Numbered from the whole stretch's first letter, positions 40,824 through 51,143 are shown. The stretch: 58,126 bases of DNA, filler included, from a bacterium (GCA_040757115.1; 3 parts of 3 records of this genome joined end to end with filler, not necessarily neighbours in it); one strand, 5' to 3'. The notes: generated from the sequence alone by a model not told the origin. Numbers and translations: made by a program.

Positions 40824-41309
40824 ATGTTCAATTTTTTTAACCTATCAGATGATAGGGTAGTTTATAGGGATGTAAGTTTTTTCAACTTTCATAATCACTA
40901 TTTATCCGAGTTTCAGACTGAAATAGCTAAATTGATCACAGGTAGCACTCTTATTATAACCAGCGTCGATGGTGGTATAGACGAACACTTGAAGAAATTC
41001 CTCGAAAATCAAAAACTGCATTTTGATTTCTCAAAGAATGTCTGTCTTTTGTACCCGGAATCTCTTACAGGATTTTTTGATATTATTCTCACTACTCCTG
41101 AGGTAGCATTTTATTGCTGCAAGACAAAACCTCCAGAAGCCGCGCTCAATAATATTACACAAGGTTATGTGGAGGAATTTGGTAAAATTTCTAAGAAGAT
41201 ACAAATGTTGAAAGCTATCTCCGAAGAAATGGAGCTTTTGAAAGCGTTTCTTTATATATCCCAAGGCAGTTGTAATTTGTTTCTTGCGTTAAAGGAGGCA
41301 ACGGATTAA
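40824..41309 (+). CDS. Integron gene cassette ORF, unknown function
   Basis: 161-aa ORF filling the space between two attC sites. Confidence 0.75.
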   Translation: MFNFFNLSDDRVVYRDVSFFNFHNHYLSEFQTEIAKLITGSTLIITSVDGGIDEHLKKFLENQKLHFDFSKNVCLLYPESLTGFFDIILTTPEVAFYCCKTKPPEAALNNITQGYVEEFGKISKKIQMLKAISEEMELLKAFLYISQGSCNLFLALKEATD

Positions 41310-41312
41310 AGT

Positions 41313-41373
41313 ATCTAACAACTCGCTGCAGCCGACCTCGCTTACGCTCGGCGGTTAAGCTCTATCGTTAGGC
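41313..41373 (+). other. Integron attC site 2
   Basis: ATCTAAC ... GTTAGGC, 61 bp, similar to attC 1. Confidence 0.88.
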
Positions 41374-41405
41374 TGCTAAAGAAAGTATATCTGAATAGCG
41401 CTTAC

Positions 41406-41505
41406 NNNNNNNNNNNNNNNNNNNNNNNNNNNNNNNNNNNNNNNNNNNNNNNNNNNNNNNNNNNNNNNNNNNNNNNNNNNNNNNNNNNNNNNNNNNNNNN
41501 NNNNN
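41406..41505. other. Scaffold gap
   Basis: 100 N. Confidence 0.97.
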
Positions 41506-41511
41506 GAAGGA

Positions 41512-42626
41512 ATGAAGAAGAAGTTAATCAAGTCTGGGGGAGTGATTTTAATACTTTTAATTCTACTGGAAGGATGTTTCTATGACCAGTGTTCAGAAGG
41601 TGGTTCTGAAAGAGAAAAGGAGATAAAGATTACTGAATTTACAATACCTTGGGCAATAAAGAAAATGAGATTAGTTGGTGTGACCCCTATAATAATAAAA
41701 AAGTTTTAGATTATCCTCCAACTTTTAGAATTTGGTTTGATATTAATAACAATTTATATATTTCTGACATTTTTCAAGATAAAATAAAGGTATTTGATAA
41801 AAAAGGTAGATATATTAAGTATATAAATATCAAAGTAGATCATAAGCTGTATTTAGGGAGCATTATTGGCCAAGATGACTACAGAAATTTATATTTTCTA
41901 CATCACGATAATATTGTTCATAAGTTAGATAAAGAAGGAATTTATGTTAGGAGCTATGATATGAATAAATATGATGAGCGAGTTCGAATAAACCAAATAA
42001 GTATAGATCGAGAAGGGAACATCTATTTGTGGGGTGAACGTAGTAAAATTCCAAATGGTGTATATAGTGACAAAGAGAAATTGCAGCAGTGGATATTTTA
42101 TAGAAGAGGTAGAATAGAACGCGAATATTTTATTCAAAAATTTGATAAAGATGGAAGGAAAATATTAAAGTGGAAAATAGGTGATGGACTTCCTTTCTCT
42201 TACTCAGTAATATTCGATAGAATGGGTAAAGCTTATATTTATGACAAGAAAAAATGTAGGGTGCATATCTATAATCCAGACGGAAATTTAATTAAGAAAT
42301 TTCAACTGAAGAAAAATAATATACTTAATTCTATTGAATTAATGAGGATTAATTCAGAGGGCATGTTATGTATAGGGATAAGAGGGGTTAAAACTAAAAG
42401 ATATATAATATCACCGGATAAAATATTCGCAAATTTTAAAAAAATTGATAGTGATAGGGTAGTAGTATTAAATCTTGATATAGGCTATAACTTAGTTAAG
42501 CTACCACCGATTTGGGTGGAAGTGGATAACAATTTTAATATGTACTGTTATGGGAATGAAGTATATTTAAAGGCTCCGAAAGGAACGTTTATGCTGAAAA
42601 AAATTGAATATCCTCTAAGGAAGTAA
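41512..42626 (+). pseudogene. Frameshifted lipoprotein with NHL/beta-propeller-like repeats
   Basis: Signal/lipobox LEGC in 41512..; D..GN.Y(I/L).D repeats in 41649..42626; one extra G at 41651-41653 would join them as IPW-GNKENE. Confidence 0.65.
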
Positions 42627-42630
42627 GCGA

Positions 42631-42966
42631 TATCCAGAACTCATCCCTCTGGTAACTGCTGATGTAGAATACTATCGAAGGGTAATTCCTTCATTTGCCA
42701 GATGGGCAGGGATAGACACAATCCGAGGGAATGGTGTCATTGCTCTGGGTAACATTGCTGACCCTGCGGCTATCTCTGCACTTGAGGAGGCAATCCACCA
42801 TCCCAAGCCACAAATGAGAGCCTATTCTGCTTGGGCATTAGGCAGAATAGGAACAAAAAGGGCAAAAGATATACTCAAAAGAGCATTATCAAAGGAAGAG
42901 AACCCGAAGGTTGTCAAGGAGATAAAAGATGCTATTGTAGTAAAAGGGACACCCCTCATAATTTAA
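42631..42966 (+). pseudogene. QueG-like C-terminal HEAT fragment with no start codon
   Basis: Translates PELIPL...RGNGVIALGN...RAYSAWALGRIG...EENPKVVKEI. Confidence 0.6.
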
Positions 42967-43185
42967 GGATAATCGTGTGTGGTGGCAAGATTTGCTTCTG
43001 CCTGTGGTTCTATTATTACCTTGCCAGTATGGTATAGCCAAAGTGGTGAGAAAAAAAGTTTGGGGGCTCCACGATATCTTTGCCCGAGCAAGCTACCAAA
43101 AGAGCCGATAGTCTGTCCTATTGTCTGAAAGATAGGGAATCCCAAATCCAGGTCGGCTCTGAAGATTTAGTAAGTATATCTATGG

Positions 43186-44091
43186 TTATGAAGGAGAGGA
43201 TAATAAACTCAAAAATGCTTTGACTACATTGGTAAAATATTTGTCTTTGCAATAAATAAAGTAAAAATTACGCTTAAGGTTAACCTCGGATAAAGAAAGT
43301 GATTTAAGTATGCCTGCATTTATTTCCCTTAAAATAGCATATTTGGATATGATTGAGATGCCTAATCCTGCTTCTACTGCCTTTTTGGTTGCCTCTGTAT
43401 TTCCAAATTCAATTGTTTTCTTCAAAATAACACCTATCTGTTTTAGTCGCTCTTCTACAATCGTCCTTGTTCCAGAACCCTCTCTTGATAGGATAAATGG
43501 TTGGTTGATCAACTCATTGGGCTCAATAAATTCTCTACCTGCCCATTTATGCTGAGGTGGGATAATTACTACTAACTCATCGGTCAAGAATTGGTTTATA
43601 GTCAACCTCTCATCATTTACTGGTGCTCCAATAAATCCTATATCAAGCATATTAGCCAAAACCTTTTCTACTATCTCCTGGCTCAAAAAAATATCTAATG
43701 CTATCTCAATATCAGGATATTTATGCCTGAATTTTCCTAAAATCTCAGGTAAAATATAGGTACCAATGGTAACACTGGCACCCATAGTTAGTTTTCCACC
43801 CCTTATTTCTTTTAATTCATCAATCTTTATCTTTGCTTCATTTACTAAATTAAACATATCTTTGGTGGTTGCGAATAAAATTTCTCCTGCCTGGGTAAGC
43901 ATAACCTTCTTGCCGAGCCGATCAAATAGTCTAATTCCATAATATTCCTCCAATTCTTTAATATGCTTACTAATCCCAGGCTGGGTCAAATATAATTCTG
44001 AAGCTGCTCTTGTAAAGCTCTGTAATTTAGCCACATTATGAAAAACTCTTAGTTGATTTAGGTTCATTCTATTATCACCTTTAGTTATCAT
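43186..44091 (-). CDS. LysR-family regulator (CysL-like)
   Basis: SFTRAASELYLTQPGIS..IKELE, LFDR, REGSGTR; likely start MNLNQL. Confidence 0.92.
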   Translation of the reverse strand: MITKGDNRMNLNQLRVFHNVAKLQSFTRAASELYLTQPGISKHIKELEEYYGIRLFDRLGKKVMLTQAGEILFATTKDMFNLVNEAKIKIDELKEIRGGKLTMGASVTIGTYILPEILGKFRHKYPDIEIALDIFLSQEIVEKVLANMLDIGFIGAPVNDERLTINQFLTDELVVIIPPQHKWAGREFIEPNELINQPFILSREGSGTRTIVEERLKQIGVILKKTIEFGNTEATKKAVEAGLGISIISKYAILREINAGILKSLSLSEVNLKRNFYFIYCKDKYFTNVVKAFLSLLSSPS

Positions 44092-44178
44092 TATTATAAA
44101 AACAATTTATTTGAATTATATCATACTTTGTGCTACAATTTCAAATAAAAAATTAAGGAGGGGAGGAGGTGATAAAAA

Positions 44179-44613
44179 GTGGTAAAAGAAGAAGTAGAAC
44201 AGAGGGCGTTTGATTATTTTGAAGGAGGATTTCACTGTGCCGAAGCAATTTCAAAGACAATAACCGAGTTCTTTACAAAAGAGGTAAGCAGTGAAATACC
44301 AAAAGTTGCCTCAGGTTTTGGTGGAGGAATTGGTAAGACCAAAGAGGATGTCTGTGGAGCATTAACCGGAGGAGTAATCGCTTTGGGATGCATACTTGGA
44401 AGAATGGAGCCGGGTAGGGATATAAAGGATGTCTGTGAGTTGGCATCAGAGTTTAGAAGACACTTCTTAGATAAATTTGGCTCTACCAATTGCCAAACCA
44501 TACTGAAAGGATTCGGTGAACAAGAAAATATGCAGAAGTGTAAAAGGTTAACCGCCACGGCAGCAGGGATTCTCTCAGAAATATTGGCAGAAAGAGGGAT
44601 AATAAAAGGGTGA
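44179..44613 (+). CDS. C-GCAxxG-C-C family redox protein
   Basis: HCAEAI, GFGGGIG, CGALTGG, GSTNC, KC. Confidence 0.88.
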   Translation: MVKEEVEQRAFDYFEGGFHCAEAISKTITEFFTKEVSSEIPKVASGFGGGIGKTKEDVCGALTGGVIALGCILGRMEPGRDIKDVCELASEFRRHFLDKFGSTNCQTILKGFGEQENMQKCKRLTATAAGILSEILAERGIIKG

Positions 44614-44643
44614 GCTTCTTAAAACTGGGTAAGAGCATTATTT

Positions 44644-44847
44644 TTGATTATTCTCCTTATCTCTTCAAGTCTCTTTGGAAATATAGCCCAATTGTGTTAT
44701 GAGGATTCAATTGCTTTGACTATCAGCACCATGGCTAAGAATAATGCTATTGCTCTTGCCTTAGCCACATCAGCCTTTGGTGCAGAAAACAGCATTAGCC
44801 ATTGCTATTGTCGGCCCATTGGTTCAACTTCCTATTATGCTATTTAA
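44644..44847 (+). pseudogene. C-terminal remnant of an ACR3/bile-acid-symporter-like transporter
   Basis: YEDSIALT...AKNNAIALALATSAFG; short and apparently frameshifted. Confidence 0.5.
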
Positions 44848-45001
44848 GGCTAAGGGATGTTAAGAAGATTCATCACTAATGATGTTACTATAAAAGAAAA
44901 CTGTAAAAAGGTGAAGAGCTGGATGGGGTTTTAGCATTGGCGGGTGAATGAGACCGTTCAGGACTTAAGACTGAAATAAATGCATTTTTAACAAAAAGAT
45001 C

Positions 45002-45050
45002 TTGACAAATGGTTTTTATTTGTGTATAATATAAGTGTATGCTAAAATAC
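45002..45050 (+). promoter_or_regulatory. sigma70 promoter with ArsR-type operator
   Basis: TTGACA-17 nt-TATAAT then imperfect inverted repeat ATATAAG-N6-CTAAAAT. Confidence 0.7.
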
Positions 45051-45075
45051 TTTAATAAATTATGGAGAATGTGTT

Positions 45076-45375
45076 ATGAAAGAATCAGCAGAACTATTTA
45101 AACTTTTATCGGTGGATAAAAGAATAGAAATAATTGAGTGCCTTAAAAAAAATGATATGAATGTAAATGCGTTAGCTGAGAATTTAGGAATAACCCAGTC
45201 GGCGGTCTCTCAACACTTAAGGGTTTTGAAAGCAGCCGGGTTTGTAAAAGATGAGCGAAAGGGTTACTGGATTTATTACACCTTAAATCGTAATGTATTA
45301 GAAAACTGCCGACAGAGATTGAATAGAATATGTACCTGTGGTTGTTTAGAGAGAGTAAAACATAATAAAGTGTAA
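45076..45375 (+). CDS. ArsR/SmtB-family repressor
   Basis: FKLLS...RIEII, TQSAVSQHLRVLK.AG.V, C-terminal CTCGC. Confidence 0.92.
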   Translation: MKESAELFKLLSVDKRIEIIECLKKNDMNVNALAENLGITQSAVSQHLRVLKAAGFVKDERKGYWIYYTLNRNVLENCRQRLNRICTCGCLERVKHNKV

Positions 45376-45453
45376 AAAATAAGGAAGGTTTATATTTTTT
45401 TCCTAAATATATAAGTAAATGAGCATAAACTAATAAAAAGGAGGTGATTAAAA

Positions 45454-45630
45454 ATGTGTGGTGAAAGCGACATCAAGTGCGAAGTAAAGGTAATTGAACT
45501 TAAAGATGGCTATCAAGTTCAAATTACCGGCGCCAGGGTAAAAGATGCACTTAAGCCAGAGAATCTGAAGAAGTGCATAAAAGCTTGTTGCTGTGGCGAA
45601 GCACCATTTAAAGACATCTGTTGTCGTTAG
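45454..45630 (+). CDS. Small Cys-rich protein (58 aa, 8 Cys), absent from the ORF track
   Basis: RBS AAGGAGGTG; MCGESDIKC...KCIKACCCGEAPFKDICCR; followed by a hairpin. Confidence 0.75.
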   Translation: MCGESDIKCEVKVIELKDGYQVQITGARVKDALKPENLKKCIKACCCGEAPFKDICCR

Positions 45631-45640
45631 GTGGTTAAAT

Positions 45641-45675
45641 TCTGGGCGGTCTTAAGAGATTTGAGGCCGCCCAGA
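45641..45675 (+). terminator. GC-rich hairpin, possible terminator
   Basis: TCTGGGCGGTCTT...GAGGCCGCCCAGA; no clear U tract. Confidence 0.45.
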
Positions 45676-45708
45676 TGAATTAAATTTAGGGGGGAATCAA
45701 AAAAAACC

Positions 45709-45755
45709 TTGACAAGATAAAATTTTTGTGTTAGAATATAGACAATTGTAAATAT
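45709..45755 (+). promoter_or_regulatory. sigma70 promoter with ArsR-type operator
   Basis: TTGACA-17 nt-TAGAAT overlapping ATATAGAC-AATT-GTAAATAT. Confidence 0.65.
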
Positions 45756-45777
45756 GTATAAATATTGGAGGGCTTAA

Positions 45778-46098
45778 ATGGGAAAATGTGAGAATTTTTT
45801 CAAGGCATTATCGGATGAGACAAGAGTCCACATCTTAAAGATGCTGGAAGAAAAAGAAATGTGTGTCTCTGATATAGGGGAGGCTTTTGAGGTATCCCAG
45901 CCTACCATCTCTCATCATCTGGATATTTTAAAGCGAGCAGGACTGGTAAAATCAAAGAGAAAGGGACAGAATATTTACTATTCCTTGAATAAGGATTGGC
46001 TGAAGGAATGCTGTGGCGATTTTCTCTCAATGTTTGAATGCTGTCTGGATTTTTTAAAAAACTATAAAATTGTAAAAAAAGGAGGTGATAAAGAATGA
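45778..46098 (+). CDS. ArsR-family repressor
   Basis: FKALSDETR, EMCVSDI, SQPTISHHL, two C-terminal CC pairs. Confidence 0.92.
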   Translation: MGKCENFFKALSDETRVHILKMLEEKEMCVSDIGEAFEVSQPTISHHLDILKRAGLVKSKRKGQNIYYSLNKDWLKECCGDFLSMFECCLDFLKNYKIVKKGGDKE

Positions 46099-46364
46099 GC
46101 GGATGCTGTGTTTCTGAAGAAGAGAGAATAGAGAATCTAATTTCTCTTGCCATAGTCATCGGGGTAGGGTGTAAGCCTTGCACCAAATTTTACATTGATA
46201 AGGCGTTGAAAGAGGGTTGTTCTAAGGAAGACCTAAAGAAGGTTATATCAATAGCCGAGTCTTTGGAGAAGTCTGAATGCCTGCGTAAGGCCGTGAGAGA
46301 AGAAAATGCAGACAGGATGAAAGAGCCTCTTAAAATAGCAAAAGAGCTATTGGAGGCAAAATAA
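46095..46364 (+). CDS. AhpD/CMD-like CxxC protein
   Basis: LISLAI..GCKPC...KAL.EG.S.EDL. Confidence 0.65.
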   Translation: MSGCCVSEEERIENLISLAIVIGVGCKPCTKFYIDKALKEGCSKEDLKKVISIAESLEKSECLRKAVREENADRMKEPLKIAKELLEAK

Positions 46365-46380
46365 TATGGAGGTGATAGCG

Positions 46381-46590
46381 ATGAATTGCAAAAGATTTTT
46401 GGCGTTTATTTCCTCTGTTTGTCCAATGTGCAACATTAAAAGGAAATTTCCCCATTCTTCCTTTGCCAGGATGATAAAAAAGGGTGAAAAATTCTGTCCT
46501 TGTTGTAAAGCCTATGAGGAAATCTATAGAAAAATGGGTGATAAAAATGAAGAAGAACAAAATACAAAAGATTGTAGAAGAAGCCTATAG
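46381..46590 (+). CDS. Small Cys-rich protein
   Basis: RBS GGAGGTG; CPMC ... FCPCCKAYE. Confidence 0.6.
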   Translation: MNCKRFLAFISSVCPMCNIKRKFPHSSFARMIKKGEKFCPCCKAYEEIYRKMGDKNEEEQNTKDCRRSL

Positions 46591-47389
46591 CAAGATTGCC
46601 CAAGGAAAAGAAGGTTGTGGATGTGGCACTTGTGGGCCAAATACCAAAGAGTTTGCCAAATCCATCGGTTATTCTGAAGAAGAATTGAAGGCTATTCCAG
46701 AAGAGGCTAATTTTGCTTTAAGCTGTGGAAATCCGACGGCATTAGCCAACCTCAAAGAAGGTGAAATTGTCCTTGACCTTGGCTGTGGTGCTGGGTTTGA
46801 TTGCTTTCTGGCGGCAAGCAAAGTTGGTGCAAATGGCAAGGTTATCGGTGTGGATATGACACCAGAGATGATTGAGAAAGCAAGAAACAATGCAGAAAAG
46901 AACAAGATTGGTAATGTTGAATTCAGGCTCGGTGAGATAGAAAACTTACCTGTAGCAGGTAATTCAGTTGATGTGGTGATGAGTAATTGTGTCATTAATT
47001 TATCGGCTGATAAACCAAAGGTATTTCAGGAAGTTTATCGGGTTTTAAAGCCTGGCGGCAGGATAGCGATTTCGGACATTGCCCTTTTAAAAGAGCTTCC
47101 AAAGAAAATACAGGAAAGCATTGAGGCTTATGTAGGTTGTGTTGCTGGCGCAATTCTAGTTGATGAATACAAAAGGGTTGTTGAAAAAGCAGGGTTAAAG
47201 GATGTTAAAGTCAACATTAAAGACACAGCCTGTATCGACCTGAACACAAAAGATCCCATAGCAAGGGCAATTTGGGATAATTTGGGAGGGACAGAATCTC
47301 TAAAAAACTATGTTGTCAGTGTTTATGTAGAGGGGAAGAAGAGACACAGGTCTAAAGTTACCTGCACAGGTGGAAATCTTTTGCTTTGA
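46547..47389 (+). CDS. arsM: Arsenite S-adenosylmethionine methyltransferase
   Basis: LSCGNP, VLDLGCGAGFD, GVDMTPEM, SNCVINL, GCVAGA; ArsR context. Confidence 0.9.
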   Translation: MKKNKIQKIVEEAYSKIAQGKEGCGCGTCGPNTKEFAKSIGYSEEELKAIPEEANFALSCGNPTALANLKEGEIVLDLGCGAGFDCFLAASKVGANGKVIGVDMTPEMIEKARNNAEKNKIGNVEFRLGEIENLPVAGNSVDVVMSNCVINLSADKPKVFQEVYRVLKPGGRIAISDIALLKELPKKIQESIEAYVGCVAGAILVDEYKRVVEKAGLKDVKVNIKDTACIDLNTKDPIARAIWDNLGGTESLKNYVVSVYVEGKKRHRSKVTCTGGNLLL

Positions 47390-47414
47390 CAAAATGGTGA
47401 TTGTCTGGTATAAT
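47386..47414 (+). promoter_or_regulatory. sigma70 promoter
   Basis: TTGACA-17 nt-TATAAT with extended -10 TG. Confidence 0.7.
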
Positions 47415-47429
47415 CTGGTGAGAGAGAGG

Positions 47430-47708
47430 ATGGTGGAATTAATGAATTATCTTAAGGCAGTTTTTTGGGATTATCCACAATTTACCAATAAAGAAAATCT
47501 AAAAAAATACCTTCAAGAGGAAAAAAACTCCAGTTCATATCTATGGATATTAAAGAGATTTCTTGAATATGGCAGGGTTATTGATACGATAACCTATTTC
47601 AAAATAGATGAAATAGCTCAACAATTACATAATCTAAAACTAACACCTTATACTTATAGAAAATGGACGAGGATGATTGAAGTTTATGGAAAACCTCATA
47701 GAAAATAA
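47430..47708 (+). CDS. Small partner of the AbiEii-like toxin (DUF6922-like)
   Basis: FWDY...ILKRFLEYG pattern; overlaps the downstream gene; listed 47370 start lies upstream of the promoter. Confidence 0.6.
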   Translation: MVELMNYLKAVFWDYPQFTNKENLKKYLQEEKNSSSYLWILKRFLEYGRVIDTITYFKIDEIAQQLHNLKLTPYTYRKWTRMIEVYGKPHRK

Positions 47709-48375
47709 AAACTATTATGCCTCACAAACACAACGGGAAATATTACTTCAGCTTATGACACATCCGACGATAGAGGAATCTTTCTTTTTGACCGGTGGTA
47801 CAGCTCTTGCGGTATTCTATCTACACCATAGAGTATCGGAGGATTTGGATTTCTTTACACTTCATTCCTTAGACCTGGCTGAAATAGACTTTTGGATAAG
47901 GAGAATGTGGCCACAAAATGGTATTAAAATCAAAGAAAGTCCAAACTTTCTCTCGTATCTGATAAATGAAATAAAGGTTGATTTTGTTATTGATTCACTC
48001 TCAAACAAAGAAAACAGGCAAAAGGTTTTATTGGAAAACAAGCACTATCTTTTAGTTGATACGATTAATAATATCTTTTCTAATAAGTTCTGTACCATTG
48101 CCAGTAGAACAGAACCCAAGGACTTTATTGATTTTTACTTTATACACCGTTCGTTTCCCCGGGAGGATATGGACAAGTTGTATCATAGTGCCAGAATGAA
48201 AGATGCCATCTTTGAGGATCCTCCTACTGTATCTTTTCAAATAGAAGAAGGGCTTGCTTTTTTAATGAAAAATCAAGCAATCTTCCCTCAAATATTCAGA
48301 GATTTTGACCTGGACGATTTTCTTAAATTTTATAAGGAAATTATTAACTGGCTATACCAACTGGTAAAGATATAG
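47686..48375 (+). CDS. AbiEii/AbiGii nucleotidyltransferase
   Basis: FLTGGTALA.FYL.HR.SEDLDFF, NK...R..PKDFID. Confidence 0.88.
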   Translation: MENLIENKNYYASQTQREILLQLMTHPTIEESFFLTGGTALAVFYLHHRVSEDLDFFTLHSLDLAEIDFWIRRMWPQNGIKIKESPNFLSYLINEIKVDFVIDSLSNKENRQKVLLENKHYLLVDTINNIFSNKFCTIASRTEPKDFIDFYFIHRSFPREDMDKLYHSARMKDAIFEDPPTVSFQIEEGLAFLMKNQAIFPQIFRDFDLDDFLKFYKEIINWLYQLVKI

Positions 48376-48544
48376 TAACCGCAAAGATATTTGGTAAAAT
48401 TATCAAAAACTTGTCTCTGTGGCTAAAATCTATTTTTAGGAGGGAAAAAAATGAAGGGGGATAAGGGGATAAAGGAGTGTGGTATAATTTTGTTTTCCCA
48501 GGTCGACCTATTTCACAGGTCGAAAAAAATTCTTAGACAACCAC

Positions 48545-48573
48545 TTGACAAAACTCTGTTTGTATAGTATAAT
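48545..48573 (+). promoter_or_regulatory. sigma70 promoter
   Basis: TTGACA-17 nt-TATAAT. Confidence 0.7.
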
Positions 48574-48600
48574 CAATATAGTGAATAAAAAAAGGAGATT

Positions 48601-49878
48601 TTGTTCAGTATAATTAGGAAAATGACCAAAGAGATAGTCTTGCAACATAAATTAGAAAAAGAAAGACTCCTCTCAAAAGATTATATCGAACGAGAAAAAC
48701 TTGATTTTGGGAGAAAATATTTAGACTCTTCGCTCATTAAGATAGTTACTGGTCCAAGAAGGGCAGGGAAATCTGTATTCTCACTCCTGCTCTTAAAGGA
48801 TAAGGACTTTGCTTATATAAATTTTGATGATGAAGCCATTTTGAAGATAAAGGATTATGATGAAATCCTTAAGTCAATCCATGAGGTCTATCCCCAGACA
48901 AATATTATTTTATTTGATGAAATTCAAAATCTACCAGACTGGGAGTTATTTGTCAATAAACTCCAGAGAAGGGGATTTAATTTAGTCTTAACTGGTTCGA
49001 ATGCCCGACTCCTTTCTCAGGAGATGTCCAATAGATTAACTGGCAGATACATTCCGATAGAGATTTTCCCATTTAATTTCAGGGAGGTCTTAAGGGCTAA
49101 AGAGCTAAAGGTAGGGGAAGAAGAGTTTAATCTTCCTGAGGTTAAAGGACGGATTTTAAACTATCTGGACGATTATCTTAAGAAGGGTGGATTCCCTGAG
49201 GTGGTAGTCACAAATTTAGAGCCAAGGATATATCTGCAAACACTCTTTGATGCCATCCTTCTGCGGGATATAGTTAAAAGGTATAATATTAGATTCTCTC
49301 AGAAAATCTATGAATTATCCCTCTATTTAACCGCTAATTTTTGTAATGAGTTTAGCTTCAAAAGATTAACGAATATCTTGGAGTTTAGAAGCACAAATAC
49401 CCTTCAGAATTATCTGAGATATCTTGAAGAAACCTACTTATTCTTTCCTTTAAACCGATTCTCTTTTAAGATGCAAGAGGTGATTAAAACCCCAAAGAAG
49501 ATATACCTTGTGGACAATGGCTTTATTCCACTTCTATCTTCCCAGAATTTAGGTAGGTTGATGGAGAATTTGGTTATGACAGAATGCTTAAGACGAGGAT
49601 TCAAATCCAACGAGAACCTTTTTTATTATAAGACAAGGAATAATAAAGAGGTTGATTTTGTTCTCAAGGAAGGACTAAAGATTAAAGGCTTAATCCAGGT
49701 ATGTTATGAAATGGATAATTCCCTTATCCGTGAAAGGGAGTTAAAGGCATTGGTTGAGGCAAGTAATGACTTAAATTGTAATGAGCTATTGGTGATTACC
49801 TGGGATTATAAAACCCAGGAGAAATTTAAGGATAAAATGATTAGATTTATCCCCTTATGGAAATGGCTATTAGAATAG
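48601..49878 (+). CDS. AAA+ ATPase (AAA_14 / DUF4143 type)
   Basis: GPRRAGKS, FDEIQ, TGSNA, LTGR, GGFPE, KIYLVDNG, EVDFV. Confidence 0.9.
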   Translation: MFSIIRKMTKEIVLQHKLEKERLLSKDYIEREKLDFGRKYLDSSLIKIVTGPRRAGKSVFSLLLLKDKDFAYINFDDEAILKIKDYDEILKSIHEVYPQTNIILFDEIQNLPDWELFVNKLQRRGFNLVLTGSNARLLSQEMSNRLTGRYIPIEIFPFNFREVLRAKELKVGEEEFNLPEVKGRILNYLDDYLKKGGFPEVVVTNLEPRIYLQTLFDAILLRDIVKRYNIRFSQKIYELSLYLTANFCNEFSFKRLTNILEFRSTNTLQNYLRYLEETYLFFPLNRFSFKMQEVIKTPKKIYLVDNGFIPLLSSQNLGRLMENLVMTECLRRGFKSNENLFYYKTRNNKEVDFVLKEGLKIKGLIQVCYEMDNSLIRERELKALVEASNDLNCNELLVITWDYKTQEKFKDKMIRFIPLWKWLLE

Positions 49879-50075
49879 TGAAAAATCCTTTGTGCCTATT
49901 TCCCATCTTATTCTGTAACTGCTCACCGCAGAGATGATATGATAAAGTGTCAAGTTTGACCTGCGAAAGATTTTGTGGTATACTATACAAAAAGTATTAA
50001 CTAACTAAAATAAGGAGGACAAACTTATGACACAAACAACATATTTACCAAAAGATTATGAACTATTCATTGGGC

Positions 50076-51003
50076 TAGTACCCTGTCTCTATTCAATTGA
50101 TGGATAAAGTCGCTTCAACTTAATCCGGGCATCTGGGGTTGTAAATTGCCACTTCACTTTAGCCTCTACCTTGTTCCTATCTGATTTCCAAGATGCCACC
50201 TCCCTTTTCATCTCAGAAATGTTTTCGATTCTTCGTGACAAACACTGTTCGCTCAGAACACTTAATTCTATCTCTGCCATATTCAGCCAACTGCCATGCT
50301 TTGGCGTGTGGTGAATCTCCAGGCGATCCGCAATACGCTTTGCTTCGCCAGGTTCAAACAGTTCGTACAAAGACGCTGGTGTATGCGTATTAAGGTTGTC
50401 TATTACCAAAACAATCTTTTGGCTTTCTGGATATTTCTCTTCAACCAGATTGCGGATGAACTTAGCAAAATCGACTTTTGTGCGGTGTTCGGTCACTTCC
50501 ACATGTCTTTTGCCAGCCAACGGTTCAAACGCCATAAACAGATTAGCAACGCCATTGCGTCTATACTCGTGGTCATACCTGAGCGGCTGTCCAGGTTCTG
50601 CTGGGATTGGCTTGCGTATCTCGCCAATCAATTGTCTGCACAACTCGTCTAAACATACCATTGGACGCAGCGGATCATAAGGCCGTTTGTACACATCTAA
50701 AACATCTTCCATTCGCCAAACAAATTCTGCATTAGCTTGAGGCGGAATACACCATTGTTTGCTTAACCAAGGTTTAATTTCGTTTTTTTAAAGTGCGATG
50801 CACGGTGTCCTTAGATACCGAATCGATATACTCTAATGTAACCATCCTCTCTGCAAGCAATCTCAGTGTCCATCGACTGCGACCTTCTGGTGGCTCGTTG
50901 CAGGCCAGAGCAACCAGATGAACTTCAGCGTCGCCATCAATCTTTCGCCGATATTCACGCCGTGGCATCCTGCGTCCCAGGGCTGCTTCCAAACCTTCTT
51001 CTA
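50076..51003 (-). mobile_element. IS630-family element, split ORFs, 5'-truncated
   Basis: HTH part PPEGRSRWTLRLL (50774-50992) and DDE part CLDE, DNLNTH, TPKHGSWLNMAEIE (50089-50712); frame change at an A7 run (50783-50789). Confidence 0.92.
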
Positions 51004-51143
51004 GAGGGTCGGACCTATTCTAACCCCGCATCAGAAGTAGGATTAGAGAGATTATGTAATAATTACACCTCCCATCCTTAAATCCTACCCATATCTCTTT
51101 GCCCTCCCCTTTAATCTTTCCTTAAAATCAATATTTTTGTTTA

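Noticed and set aside
46095-46364. Possible selenoprotein in the ars cluster
   Set aside because: CxxC is encoded by Cys codons and no in-frame TGA is needed
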